This document shows, in pieces, positions 45,824-54,891 of a DNA stretch of 59,777 nt. The position numbers were made by a program, and so were the translations under genes. The stretch spans positions 1 to 59,777 of the forward strand of contig VMTK01000061.1 in assembly GCA_013791585.1 (NCBI GenBank). The letters run 5' to 3'. Each line of letters starts with the position of its first letter. Position 1 is the stretch's first letter. The notes under the pieces are model-generated. The model searched no databases and was not told the DNA's origin. It saw nothing but the letters and a program-made list of their open reading frames with translations. Origin of the DNA: Candidatus Falkowbacteria bacterium (GTDB lineage: Bacteria; Patescibacteriota; Patescibacteriia; Patescibacteriales; VMTK01).

Positions 45824-47377
45824 ATGATAGTTAGCAACAATAAAAATGGACCGGTAATACTTGTCGCCAAAGATGTAATTTACACCTTTCCTTTCGGCTA
45901 TGCTTACCTATCTGGCTACCTTTTAGAAAAAAACGAAGATGTACAAGTTTTATTCCGTCCTAATAAAAGATCCGGTTATAATCAATTCGTAAAAGATATA
46001 ATTGCCCAGAAACCTTTACTTGTCGGTTTTGGCACCCTTTACCCGGATTTATACGACATTGCTGAAATAATAAAAATATTTAAAAAACTAGGATGTGACT
46101 TTCCGCTAATTATTGGCGGACAGATGGTCACCCCCACTCCGCAATTCGCCATGGAAATAACCAATGCCGATATTGGCGTAATAGGTGAAGGAGAAATTAT
46201 ACTGTATGAACTTGTGCAGGCGTTGCGTGAAAATAATAACTTGCAAGACGTAAAAGGAATTATTTTTAAGAAAGAAAATAAATATATCACTACCGATCCA
46301 GGAGAATACATAAAGGACATGACAAAACTGCCTGCGGTTCCTTATGATTTATTCCCATCAGAAAAATGGATTGACATTGGACGATTTTACATTGATTATA
46401 GTCAACCACATTGGCTATATAATGATCGCGTAGTCGCTATTCATGGAGGCCGAGGTTGCCCATTTAACTGCAATTTTTGCTATCACCATAGCCCTCCCCG
46501 CTATCGAACAGTAGCTAATATGTTTGAAGGGATGGATAAATTACTTAAAAAATATGACGCTAATATGCTCTATTTTGGAGACGATTTAGTCTTAGCTTCT
46601 CCTACTAGAGCTAAAGAATTAATTCAAGCAATTAAAAATTTAAAAAGAAAAATAAGCTATTCTGTTTCGTGCCGTTTTGATATTCTTGAGCGACTTGATG
46701 ATGAGATTCTTGAAGAGATGAAAAATACAGGCTGCCGTATTATGGGTCTGGGGGTAGAATCTGGCTCACAAAAGATTCTGGACATAATTGATAAAAGAAT
46801 AACGGTTGAGCAAATAAAAAAAGGATTACGCCGCTTAAAAACTATTGGTATTTTACCTTCAGTTTCAATTATGGTCGGCCAATATACTGAAACGATTGAC
46901 GACGTACAAAAATCTATGGATTTAATGTTGGAAACGCTAAGACATGATAAAAATATTAATTACGCTTTTACCATCACTACCCCCTTTCCTGGAACTAAAC
47001 TCTATGACATTGCCATGAAAAAAGGTTTAATTAAGAGCCATCTTGATTTTTATAATAAATTCAAACTAGCTACCGATATTAGCCGTCTCTCTGTTAATTT
47101 ATCTGCCATGAGCGATAATGAGGTCGTTGAGATGCGCAATAAATTAGAAGAAACTTATAGACAAGAAAAAAAGAAATTAATTGGAAAAAAAGTTGAAATA
47201 GTAGAACGAACACGGTATTTTGCATTTCGCGTTTACAGGAAATTAGATAAAATAATAATTAGTAAATTTCCAGATAATTTAATATTTAATTTAATAAAAA
47301 AAATATATCATAAATGCCATAATTACGTCCAACTATTATTAGACAAATTAAGATTATATTTATTAGATATAAAATAA
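45824..47377 (+). CDS. B12-binding-domain radical SAM enzyme (class B)
   Basis: 517 aa. LVGFGTLYPD...IGGQMVT is the B12-binding-like domain. Cluster motif GRGCPFNCNFCYH. Confidence 0.8.
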   Translation: MIVSNNKNGPVILVAKDVIYTFPFGYAYLSGYLLEKNEDVQVLFRPNKRSGYNQFVKDIIAQKPLLVGFGTLYPDLYDIAEIIKIFKKLGCDFPLIIGGQMVTPTPQFAMEITNADIGVIGEGEIILYELVQALRENNNLQDVKGIIFKKENKYITTDPGEYIKDMTKLPAVPYDLFPSEKWIDIGRFYIDYSQPHWLYNDRVVAIHGGRGCPFNCNFCYHHSPPRYRTVANMFEGMDKLLKKYDANMLYFGDDLVLASPTRAKELIQAIKNLKRKISYSVSCRFDILERLDDEILEEMKNTGCRIMGLGVESGSQKILDIIDKRITVEQIKKGLRRLKTIGILPSVSIMVGQYTETIDDVQKSMDLMLETLRHDKNINYAFTITTPFPGTKLYDIAMKKGLIKSHLDFYNKFKLATDISRLSVNLSAMSDNEVVEMRNKLEETYRQEKKKLIGKKVEIVERTRYFAFRVYRKLDKIIISKFPDNLIFNLIKKIYHKCHNYVQLLLDKLRLYLLDIK

Positions 47378-47378
47378 T

Positions 47379-48353
47379 ATGAAAATCATTGAAAAAATTT
47401 TATCAAGACAAGAATTTAAAAATAATCCACCCGTTCTTTTAGATATCGGAGCTTCGGGTAAAATATATGAGCCATGGAGAGAAATAGCTAAATATTCTAT
47501 TTGTATAGCATTTGATGCGGATGAAAGAGAGATGAAAGAAATAACTATTAAAAGTGGCTACAAAAAACTCTACATTTACAATAAAATTGTATCTACTGAT
47601 AACGACAATAAGGAAGCAAAATTTTATCTTACTAAATCCCCTTTCTGCTCTAGTTTATTAGAACCAGATCAAAAAAGTTTAGATGACTGGAATATTTCTA
47701 ATTTATTTAATATTACAAAAACCGTTGAGCTTAAGACAACAAATTTATTAGATGCATTAAAAGAACTTGGAATTAAACAAATAGATTGGTTTAAAACAGA
47801 TTCCCAAGGCACAGACCTTCGAATCTTTCACAGTCTTGGTGATGAAATAATAAACAAAATTATCATAGCCGATTTTGAACCCGGCTTAATTAGCGCTTAT
47901 AAAAACGAAGATAAATTATTTCATCTTTTATCCTATATGGAAAAACTTCCTTTCTGGATTAACGAGCTTAACTTACCTCAAGCTATTAGAATTAATAAAA
48001 AAATAAAAGAAACTATTCTTGATAAAAAAATAGGATATAACTCTGATAAAATATTAAATTTAGTGCTAAAAAGCTCTCCGGCTTGGGGTGAAGTATCATT
48101 TATTAATTCCTTTAAAGACGGGAGCGAATTTAGTTCGCGAGACTATCTTCTGGGCATTGCCTTATCTTGCGCAAAAAAACAGTTTGGTTTTTCGTTGGAG
48201 CTGGCCGACGGGGGCGAGAAAAAATTTAACGACTTGTTCTTTACTGAGATAAAAAATGATATCCTAAACGAAATAGAGGTAAAAATAGAAAGACTAAAAT
48301 TTAAAATGCCCATATATAGAATTTTTAGAATAATTAAAAACTTAATTCGCTAA
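47379..48353 (+). CDS. FkbM-like methyltransferase
   Basis: 324 aa. LLDIGASGK, AFDADERE, IDWFKTDSQGTDLRI. Confidence 0.55.
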   Translation: MKIIEKILSRQEFKNNPPVLLDIGASGKIYEPWREIAKYSICIAFDADEREMKEITIKSGYKKLYIYNKIVSTDNDNKEAKFYLTKSPFCSSLLEPDQKSLDDWNISNLFNITKTVELKTTNLLDALKELGIKQIDWFKTDSQGTDLRIFHSLGDEIINKIIIADFEPGLISAYKNEDKLFHLLSYMEKLPFWINELNLPQAIRINKKIKETILDKKIGYNSDKILNLVLKSSPAWGEVSFINSFKDGSEFSSRDYLLGIALSCAKKQFGFSLELADGGEKKFNDLFFTEIKNDILNEIEVKIERLKFKMPIYRIFRIIKNLIR

Positions 48354-48354
48354 T

Positions 48355-49359
48355 ATGATAAACTTTTGTACATATTTTGATTCAAACTATTTGCTTCGGG
48401 GACTGGCTATGTATTATTCTTTAATCAAGCATTGTCCGGATTGCTATTTATATATCTTTGCCTTTGACGATAAATGCCTAAAAACACTTTTAATCCTTAA
48501 CTTGCCTCGAGTTATCGTTATTTCTTTAGAAAAATTTGAAGATAAACAATTACTATCCGTAAAACCTACTCGCAGCAAAGCGGAATATTGCTGGACCTGC
48601 ACACCCTCAACTATCCTTTACTGCCTTAAAAAATTTAACCTTGAAAGTTGCACCTATCTTGACGCTGATTTAATGTTTTTTGATTCTCCGCAAATCTTAT
48701 TAAATGAACTAGGAAATGATTCTGTCTTAATTACTGAACATCGCTATCATCCTGAACACGATAAAACTTCTTACAGCGGCAAATATTGTGTCCAGTTTAT
48801 GACATTCAAGAATAACTCCATGGGACTTAAGGTCTTGACATGGTGGCGAGAATCCTGCTTGGATTGGTGCTACGCCAGATTTGAAGATGGTAAATTCGGC
48901 GATCAAAAATATCTTGATGACTGGTTAAAAAGATTTGAGGGCATTAAAGTTTTACAAAATCATGGCGGCGGGGTTGCTCCTTGGAATGTTTTAAATTATG
49001 ATTTTTTTACTAAAAATAATTTTCTTTACGGACGAAGAATTAATAATCACGAAGAATTTAAAATTATCTTCTTTCATTTCCATCACACCAATATCTATAA
49101 TTTATTTAACTTAATAAAAGCAACATACTTTGAACCGGTCAATAAACCCTCTGAACTATTAGCTTATAGATACTATGAAAAATACCTTAGGCTCGCTTAC
49201 AAAACAATTAAACAAATTAAAATTAGTTTAGATATAAATTTTGACAAAAAATCAGACTATTTATTTATAACGCTTAAAGAGAAAAGTCCGGCTATTGTTA
49301 AAAAAATTTATCGCTATATAAAATATGCTCAAAAAACTAACAGTGGGAACAAAAAATGA
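48355..49359 (+). CDS. GT-A fold nucleotide-diphospho-sugar transferase (GT8-like)
   Basis: 334 aa. INFCTYFDSNYLLRGLAMYYSL ... YLDADLMFF (DxD). Confidence 0.55.
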   Translation: MINFCTYFDSNYLLRGLAMYYSLIKHCPDCYLYIFAFDDKCLKTLLILNLPRVIVISLEKFEDKQLLSVKPTRSKAEYCWTCTPSTILYCLKKFNLESCTYLDADLMFFDSPQILLNELGNDSVLITEHRYHPEHDKTSYSGKYCVQFMTFKNNSMGLKVLTWWRESCLDWCYARFEDGKFGDQKYLDDWLKRFEGIKVLQNHGGGVAPWNVLNYDFFTKNNFLYGRRINNHEEFKIIFFHFHHTNIYNLFNLIKATYFEPVNKPSELLAYRYYEKYLRLAYKTIKQIKISLDINFDKKSDYLFITLKEKSPAIVKKIYRYIKYAQKTNSGNKK

Positions 49360-50032
49360 ATATTCAAGATTGGAATGGCTTGAAAAAACCTTAAAAAAAA
49401 TTCCTCAAAAATCAAGAATATTAGACGCTGGTGCCGGAGAATTAAAATACAAAGATCTTTGCGAACATTTAAAATATGTTTCTCAAGATTTTGGAAAATA
49501 CGATGGAGCAGGAGACGGAATAGGAAAGCAGACGAAAGAATGGAATAATTCTATATTAGATATTATTTGCGATATAACTGATATTCCGGAAAAAGATGAT
49601 TCGTTTGATGCTATTATGTGTATAGAAGTATTTGAACATTTGCCTGACCCGATTTCAGCAATAAAAGAATTTTCAAGACTACTTCAGGAAGAAGGCCATC
49701 TCATAATTACGGCCCCTTTTTGCAGTCTTACGCATTTTTCTCCATATCATTTTTACACTGGTTTTAATAAAAATTTTTATGTTAACCATCTTAGTGATTA
49801 CGGCTTCAAAATAATTGATATCCAACCGAATGGAAATTATTTTGAATATATCGCTCAAGAGCTAAGAAGACTTAATAGTGTAGCTAAAAAATATTCAAAC
49901 AAAAACTTAAAAATATACGAAAAACTTATGATTAAAACTTTTCTTTATTCACTGGAAAAATTATCTAAGAATGATCATGGTTCCAGTGAATTACTGAATT
50001 TTGGCTACTTTGTACATGCTATTAAAAAATAA
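49325..50032 (+). CDS. class I SAM-dependent methyltransferase
   Basis: 235 aa. ILDAGAGELKY, AIMCIEVFEHLPDP. Confidence 0.7.
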   Translation: MLKKLTVGTKNEYSRLEWLEKTLKKIPQKSRILDAGAGELKYKDLCEHLKYVSQDFGKYDGAGDGIGKQTKEWNNSILDIICDITDIPEKDDSFDAIMCIEVFEHLPDPISAIKEFSRLLQEEGHLIITAPFCSLTHFSPYHFYTGFNKNFYVNHLSDYGFKIIDIQPNGNYFEYIAQELRRLNSVAKKYSNKNLKIYEKLMIKTFLYSLEKLSKNDHGSSELLNFGYFVHAIKK

Positions 50033-50038
50033 TTTTAT

Positions 50039-50464
50039 ATGACTAAAAAAATAAAAGTTAAAAACTCGGGAATTATTAAACTGCAATTTTTTGATGATTT
50101 TCCTGATGGCAATTTAGTTATCGGCGAAGCTAAAAAAAACGTCCCCTTTAACATCAAAAGATTTTATTATATTAATAATTTATTTAATAAAAAATCACAC
50201 CGTGGTTTGCATGCACATAAAAAACTCGAGCAGATTATTTTTTGTGTAAATGGGCATTTTACTTTATTACTTGATGACGGCGAAATTAAACAGAATATTT
50301 TAATAGATGATCCATATAGCGGTATTAGATTAGGTCCAAAACTTTGGCATCATATGACTAAATTCTCGTCCGATTGCGTAATTTTAGTCTTGGCTGATGA
50401 TTATTATAAAGAAAGTGATTATATAAGAAATTATAATAAATTTTTGGAATATATAAAAAAATAA
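50039..50464 (+). CDS. NDP-4-keto-6-deoxyhexose 3,4-ketoisomerase (FdtA/WxcM cupin)
   Basis: 141 aa. PFNIKRFYYI...HRGLHAHKKLEQIIFCVNG. Confidence 0.8.
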   Translation: MTKKIKVKNSGIIKLQFFDDFPDGNLVIGEAKKNVPFNIKRFYYINNLFNKKSHRGLHAHKKLEQIIFCVNGHFTLLLDDGEIKQNILIDDPYSGIRLGPKLWHHMTKFSSDCVILVLADDYYKESDYIRNYNKFLEYIKK

Positions 50465-50467
50465 TAT

Positions 50468-51553
50468 ATGCGAGTTCCATTTTTTAACTATACTAGACAA
50501 CTAAAATCAATAGAAAGAGAGATTAATCAAGCAATTAATAAAGTTTTAAATTCCGGCCGACTAATTTTAGGAGATGAAGTTAAAAATTTTGAAAACAGTT
50601 TTTCTAAATATATTGGCGTAAAATATGGAATTGGCGTAAATTCCGGAACTGATGCCATAAAAATTGCTCTTCGCGCCTTAGATGTGATGCCCGACGATGA
50701 AGTCATAACAGTTTCCAATACTGCCGTGCCGACTATCAGCGCTATTAGGGAGCTTGGGGCAATACCAGTATTTATTGATATTAAATATGACTCTACTATT
50801 AACGAAAGTAAAATCAAGAAAGCAATCACTAAAAAAACAAAAGTTATTTTGCCTGTTCATTTATACGGCCAAGGATGCAATATGCCTGTTATTTTAAAAA
50901 TCGCCAAAAAACATAACTTAAAAATAGTTGAAGATTGCGCTCAGGCGCATGGAACAAAAATAAACAACAAGAAGACCGGAGCATTCGGACACATAAGCTG
51001 CTTTAGCTTTTACCCGACTAAAAATTTAGGCGCTTACGGGGACGCCGGAATTATTTTAACTTCAAACAAAAAATTGGCGGAAAAATGCCGCGCGCTAAGA
51101 ATGTATGGAATGAAGCAAGGATACTATTCTCATTTTGAGGGATACAATAGCCGCTTAGACGAATTACAAGCAACGATACTTAATGTTAAATTAAAACATC
51201 TTGATAAAAATAATAAAAAACGGCAAAAAATAGCTACCCTTTATTTAAATAAAGTCAAAAACAAAAAGATAACCTTGCCTGATATTTCTAATATTAATGA
51301 ACATGTGTTTCATCTTTTTGTTATCAGAACAAAAAATAGAGCAAAACTTATAAAATATTTAACTGCTAAAAATATTGGCTATGGCATCCATTATCCACTG
51401 CCCATACATAAACAAACCGCTTATAAATTTCTAGAGTCTTCTAATCTATTAAACACTGAAAGCTATGCCAAAGAAATTATTTCTCTGCCAATATTCCCTG
51501 AACTATCAAAAAAAGAGGTAAATTATATTATTAAAACATTAAATTCATTTTAA
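50468..51553 (+). CDS. DegT/DnrJ/EryC1-family PLP sugar aminotransferase
   Basis: 361 aa. GDEVKNFENSFSKYIG, SFYPTKNLGAYGDAG. Confidence 0.9.
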   Translation: MRVPFFNYTRQLKSIEREINQAINKVLNSGRLILGDEVKNFENSFSKYIGVKYGIGVNSGTDAIKIALRALDVMPDDEVITVSNTAVPTISAIRELGAIPVFIDIKYDSTINESKIKKAITKKTKVILPVHLYGQGCNMPVILKIAKKHNLKIVEDCAQAHGTKINNKKTGAFGHISCFSFYPTKNLGAYGDAGIILTSNKKLAEKCRALRMYGMKQGYYSHFEGYNSRLDELQATILNVKLKHLDKNNKKRQKIATLYLNKVKNKKITLPDISNINEHVFHLFVIRTKNRAKLIKYLTAKNIGYGIHYPLPIHKQTAYKFLESSNLLNTESYAKEIISLPIFPELSKKEVNYIIKTLNSF

Positions 51554-51554
51554 T

Positions 51555-52403
51555 ATGATCATAGTAAAACTCTACGGCGGTCTTGGCAACCAAATGTTCC
51601 AGTACGCAACTGCTAGACGCCTAGCCATAAAAAATAATACTGAATTAAAAATTGACAGCGCGGATTTTCAGTCAAACAATTATAGGGCTTATGGCCTGAA
51701 TTTTTTTAATATCAAAGAAAATATTGCCGGCCGAAAAGAAATAAATAAAATAAATAATAATTGGCAAAAATTATTAAATGAATTCAGGTCCGCCGATAAA
51801 CAAACAATAATAAAAAACTTTAATTATAATTATAATAAAAGCATATTGAACCTTAAAAATAATAAATATTTAGACGGACATTGGCAAAGTGAAAAATATT
51901 TTTTAGATATCAAGAATATAATTCTAAAAAATTTTACTTTAAAAAATCCCCTCTCAAGCAAAGGACAAGAGATTAAAAAACAAATCGCGGAAAAAAAATC
52001 AATCTCAATCCATGTACGGCGAGGCGATTATATTAATTCACCTAAATTTTCAAAAATTTATAACTTGCTAAATTTAGAGTATTACCGAATAGCAATTAAA
52101 AAGATAAGCGAGCGATTAGAAAATCCTACTTTTTTTATTTTTTCTGACGACACTGAATGGGCGAAAAATAATTTAGTTATTAGCAACTCCGCTGTTCATG
52201 TTAGTCAATCACAACTACCGGCTCACGAAGAACTATTTTTAATGAGTAAATGCCGCCATAACATTATTGCTAATAGCTCATTTTCTTGGTGGGGCGCATG
52301 GCTTAATCAAAATCCTGATAAAATTGTAATCGGCCCGAAAAAATGGTTTAAATTTTGTGATAATGATCGCGAAATCATGCCTAAGAACTGGATAAAATTA
52401 TGA
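51555..52403 (+). CDS. GT11 alpha-1,2-fucosyltransferase
   Basis: 282 aa. LYGGLGNQMFQYA, SIHVRRGDY, SSFSWWGAWL. Confidence 0.9.
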   Translation: MIIVKLYGGLGNQMFQYATARRLAIKNNTELKIDSADFQSNNYRAYGLNFFNIKENIAGRKEINKINNNWQKLLNEFRSADKQTIIKNFNYNYNKSILNLKNNKYLDGHWQSEKYFLDIKNIILKNFTLKNPLSSKGQEIKKQIAEKKSISIHVRRGDYINSPKFSKIYNLLNLEYYRIAIKKISERLENPTFFIFSDDTEWAKNNLVISNSAVHVSQSQLPAHEELFLMSKCRHNIIANSSFSWWGAWLNQNPDKIVIGPKKWFKFCDNDREIMPKNWIKL

Positions 52404-53875
52404 AAATACTATTGATACAACCTCCTTTTTACGGTTTCCAAAATATAATAAGTAACCGACTATATCTCGGCCTTGCTTATTTAGGCGCAGTCTTAGAAAA
52501 AGAAAAACATGAAGTATTAATTTTAAACGGTGAATTATATTTTGATAAAATAAAAGGAGTTAACGAAAAAATTACAATCAACGCGGATGATTATGGTAAA
52601 AAATTTACTCGCGATCATTATGTTTATCAAAAAATATTAAAAGACATAAGCGAATTTAAACCCGACATTATTGCTATTTCTTTTATGACTGCCGTGTCAA
52701 CATCGGCTTATTATTTAGCGCAATATATAAAAAAATCATTGCCGGATGTTCCCTTAATTGCAGGCGGTATTCATCCGACTCTAGTGCCAAACGAACCATT
52801 AAAAAATAATTTTGATTTTACTGTACGTGGTGAAGGAGAAATTACTACTGTTGAATTAATAAACTATATTAACAATAAAAAAGATATAGAAAAAATAACC
52901 GGTATTTCTTACAAAAAAAACGGACAAATAGTATGTAATGAAGATCGGCCATTAATCACGGACTTAGATACGCTCCCATTCCCAGCTTTTTATTTAATGA
53001 AAGATTATAAAAAAAATACTCATTCCTGCAAAGGCATTATCACTTCCCGAGGATGTCCTTTCGCATGCACTTATTGCGCTTCTAAACTGCTATGGACGCA
53101 AAAAGTCCGTTTTAGATCACCGCAAAATGTGGTTAATGAAATAATTGACAGGCACAAAAAATATAATATAACATCTTTTGCTTTTCATGATGACACATTT
53201 ACTTTAAGACAAAGCTATGTAAAAGAATTCTGCCAGTTAGCATTATCCTTAGATTTCAAAATTACTTGGCACTGCGATACGCGCGTAGACACTATTGATT
53301 TACCGCTATTAAAACTAATGCATAAAGCAGGATGCCGCCATATTTATCTCGGATTGGAAAGCGGCAGCCCGAAAATACAAAAATTAATTAAAAAAAATAT
53401 AAACACCGAAAAGGTTAAACAAGCGATAATCCTATCCAGACGCGCTGGAATTGAGACAACGGTTTATTTTATGGCCGGTTTTCCAGACGAAACCGAAGAA
53501 GATATTAAACTCAGTATCAAGGCCATGAAGGAGCTATCGCCTGATTATGTAATTTGGAGCATATTAACGCCCTACCCCGGCACGGAGGTTTGGGAAATTG
53601 CTAAAAAACAAGGATTAGTAGATATTAATAACTGTGATTGGGAAAAATATTTCCACCATTATAATCAAGGTTGTTTTTTTAAAACTATTCCGGAAGAAAA
53701 ATGGAATAGCTTGATTGAGAGTATTCGCCGAGAAGAACAAAAAATAAACAACCAGCTAACTTTGCTAAAAACTAAAAAAAATATTAGAAATAAATTATCA
53801 CAAATTTCGTACGCCCTGCATAACCCTAAAAAATTGTTTAAATACATCAGCAAAAAAATATGCCTCCAAAAGTAA
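52400..53875 (+). CDS. B12-binding-domain radical SAM enzyme (class B)
   Basis: 491 aa. IIAISFMTAVSTSAY...AGGIHPT is the B12-binding-like domain. Cluster motif SRGCPFACTYCAS. Confidence 0.8.
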   Translation: MKILLIQPPFYGFQNIISNRLYLGLAYLGAVLEKEKHEVLILNGELYFDKIKGVNEKITINADDYGKKFTRDHYVYQKILKDISEFKPDIIAISFMTAVSTSAYYLAQYIKKSLPDVPLIAGGIHPTLVPNEPLKNNFDFTVRGEGEITTVELINYINNKKDIEKITGISYKKNGQIVCNEDRPLITDLDTLPFPAFYLMKDYKKNTHSCKGIITSRGCPFACTYCASKLLWTQKVRFRSPQNVVNEIIDRHKKYNITSFAFHDDTFTLRQSYVKEFCQLALSLDFKITWHCDTRVDTIDLPLLKLMHKAGCRHIYLGLESGSPKIQKLIKKNINTEKVKQAIILSRRAGIETTVYFMAGFPDETEEDIKLSIKAMKELSPDYVIWSILTPYPGTEVWEIAKKQGLVDINNCDWEKYFHHYNQGCFFKTIPEEKWNSLIESIRREEQKINNQLTLLKTKKNIRNKLSQISYALHNPKKLFKYISKKICLQK

Positions 53876-54891
53876 CAGTATTAATGCCGGTTTATAACGG
53901 TGAAAAATATTTGCGAGAAGCAATTGAAAGTATTCTTAATCAAAGTTTTAACGATTTTGAGTTTCTTATTATTAACGACGGTTCAACTGACAACAGCGTA
54001 AGCATTATTAAGTCTTTTCCGGATAAAAGAATTAAATTAATTGACAATAAAATTAATTCCGGTTTAATATCCGCTTTAAATCAAGGTCTGGATTTAGCTT
54101 TAGGCGGCTACATAGCCAGAATGGACTGCGATGATATTAGTTTAAGCAACAGGTTGCTTGAGCAAATAAAATTCATGGATAAAAACTCAAAAATCGGCGT
54201 ATTGGGCAGTTGGGTAAAAGTACTGCATAAACAAGGCAATTTTATTGATCACTACTATGTAAAACACGAGGACATAAAAGCTAATCTTATTTTTAATACT
54301 TCTCTCGCTCATCCCGCGGTTATGCTGCGTAAATCCATAATTGATAAGCATAAAATAAGATATGACTGTAATTACCGGCATTCTGAAGATTATGAATTAT
54401 GGACTAGACTGATTGACCTTACGCTTTTTGCCAATCTGCCTAAAGCGCTATTCCATTATCGGAAGCACGAAAACAGCATTTGTTCAACCGAATCAGAAAT
54501 TCAAAATAAAAACGCCGTTGATATAAGATTGAAACAAATAAAAAAAATCGGCCTAATGCCGACTGACGCAGAGATTAAAATTCACCTTACTGGAATTATT
54601 TTAAAAAATAACGATGCGGTAAAAACATTGAAAGAGATTGAAATTTGGCTAATGAAAATTAAAAACGCTAATCTAAAATCTGGATATTGCGCAAAAAATT
54701 CTTTAAATAAAATATTATTTAATCGCTGGCATAATATAGCTTATGCAAATCTTAGAAACAATAATGGAGTATTAAAAATATTTTTCCAATCTCCTCTAAA
54801 TCAAGTTCGAGGCCAACTTAAAATAAAAAGATATTTATTATTACTCTTAAAATATATTAGAATTTTTTTTATAAAACCTGATAAACGATAA
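53860..54891 (+). CDS. GT2 glycosyltransferase
   Basis: 343 aa. VTVLMPVYNGEKYLREAIESILNQSFNDFEFLIINDGSTD. Confidence 0.85.
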   Translation: MPPKVTVLMPVYNGEKYLREAIESILNQSFNDFEFLIINDGSTDNSVSIIKSFPDKRIKLIDNKINSGLISALNQGLDLALGGYIARMDCDDISLSNRLLEQIKFMDKNSKIGVLGSWVKVLHKQGNFIDHYYVKHEDIKANLIFNTSLAHPAVMLRKSIIDKHKIRYDCNYRHSEDYELWTRLIDLTLFANLPKALFHYRKHENSICSTESEIQNKNAVDIRLKQIKKIGLMPTDAEIKIHLTGIILKNNDAVKTLKEIEIWLMKIKNANLKSGYCAKNSLNKILFNRWHNIAYANLRNNNGVLKIFFQSPLNQVRGQLKIKRYLLLLLKYIRIFFIKPDKR

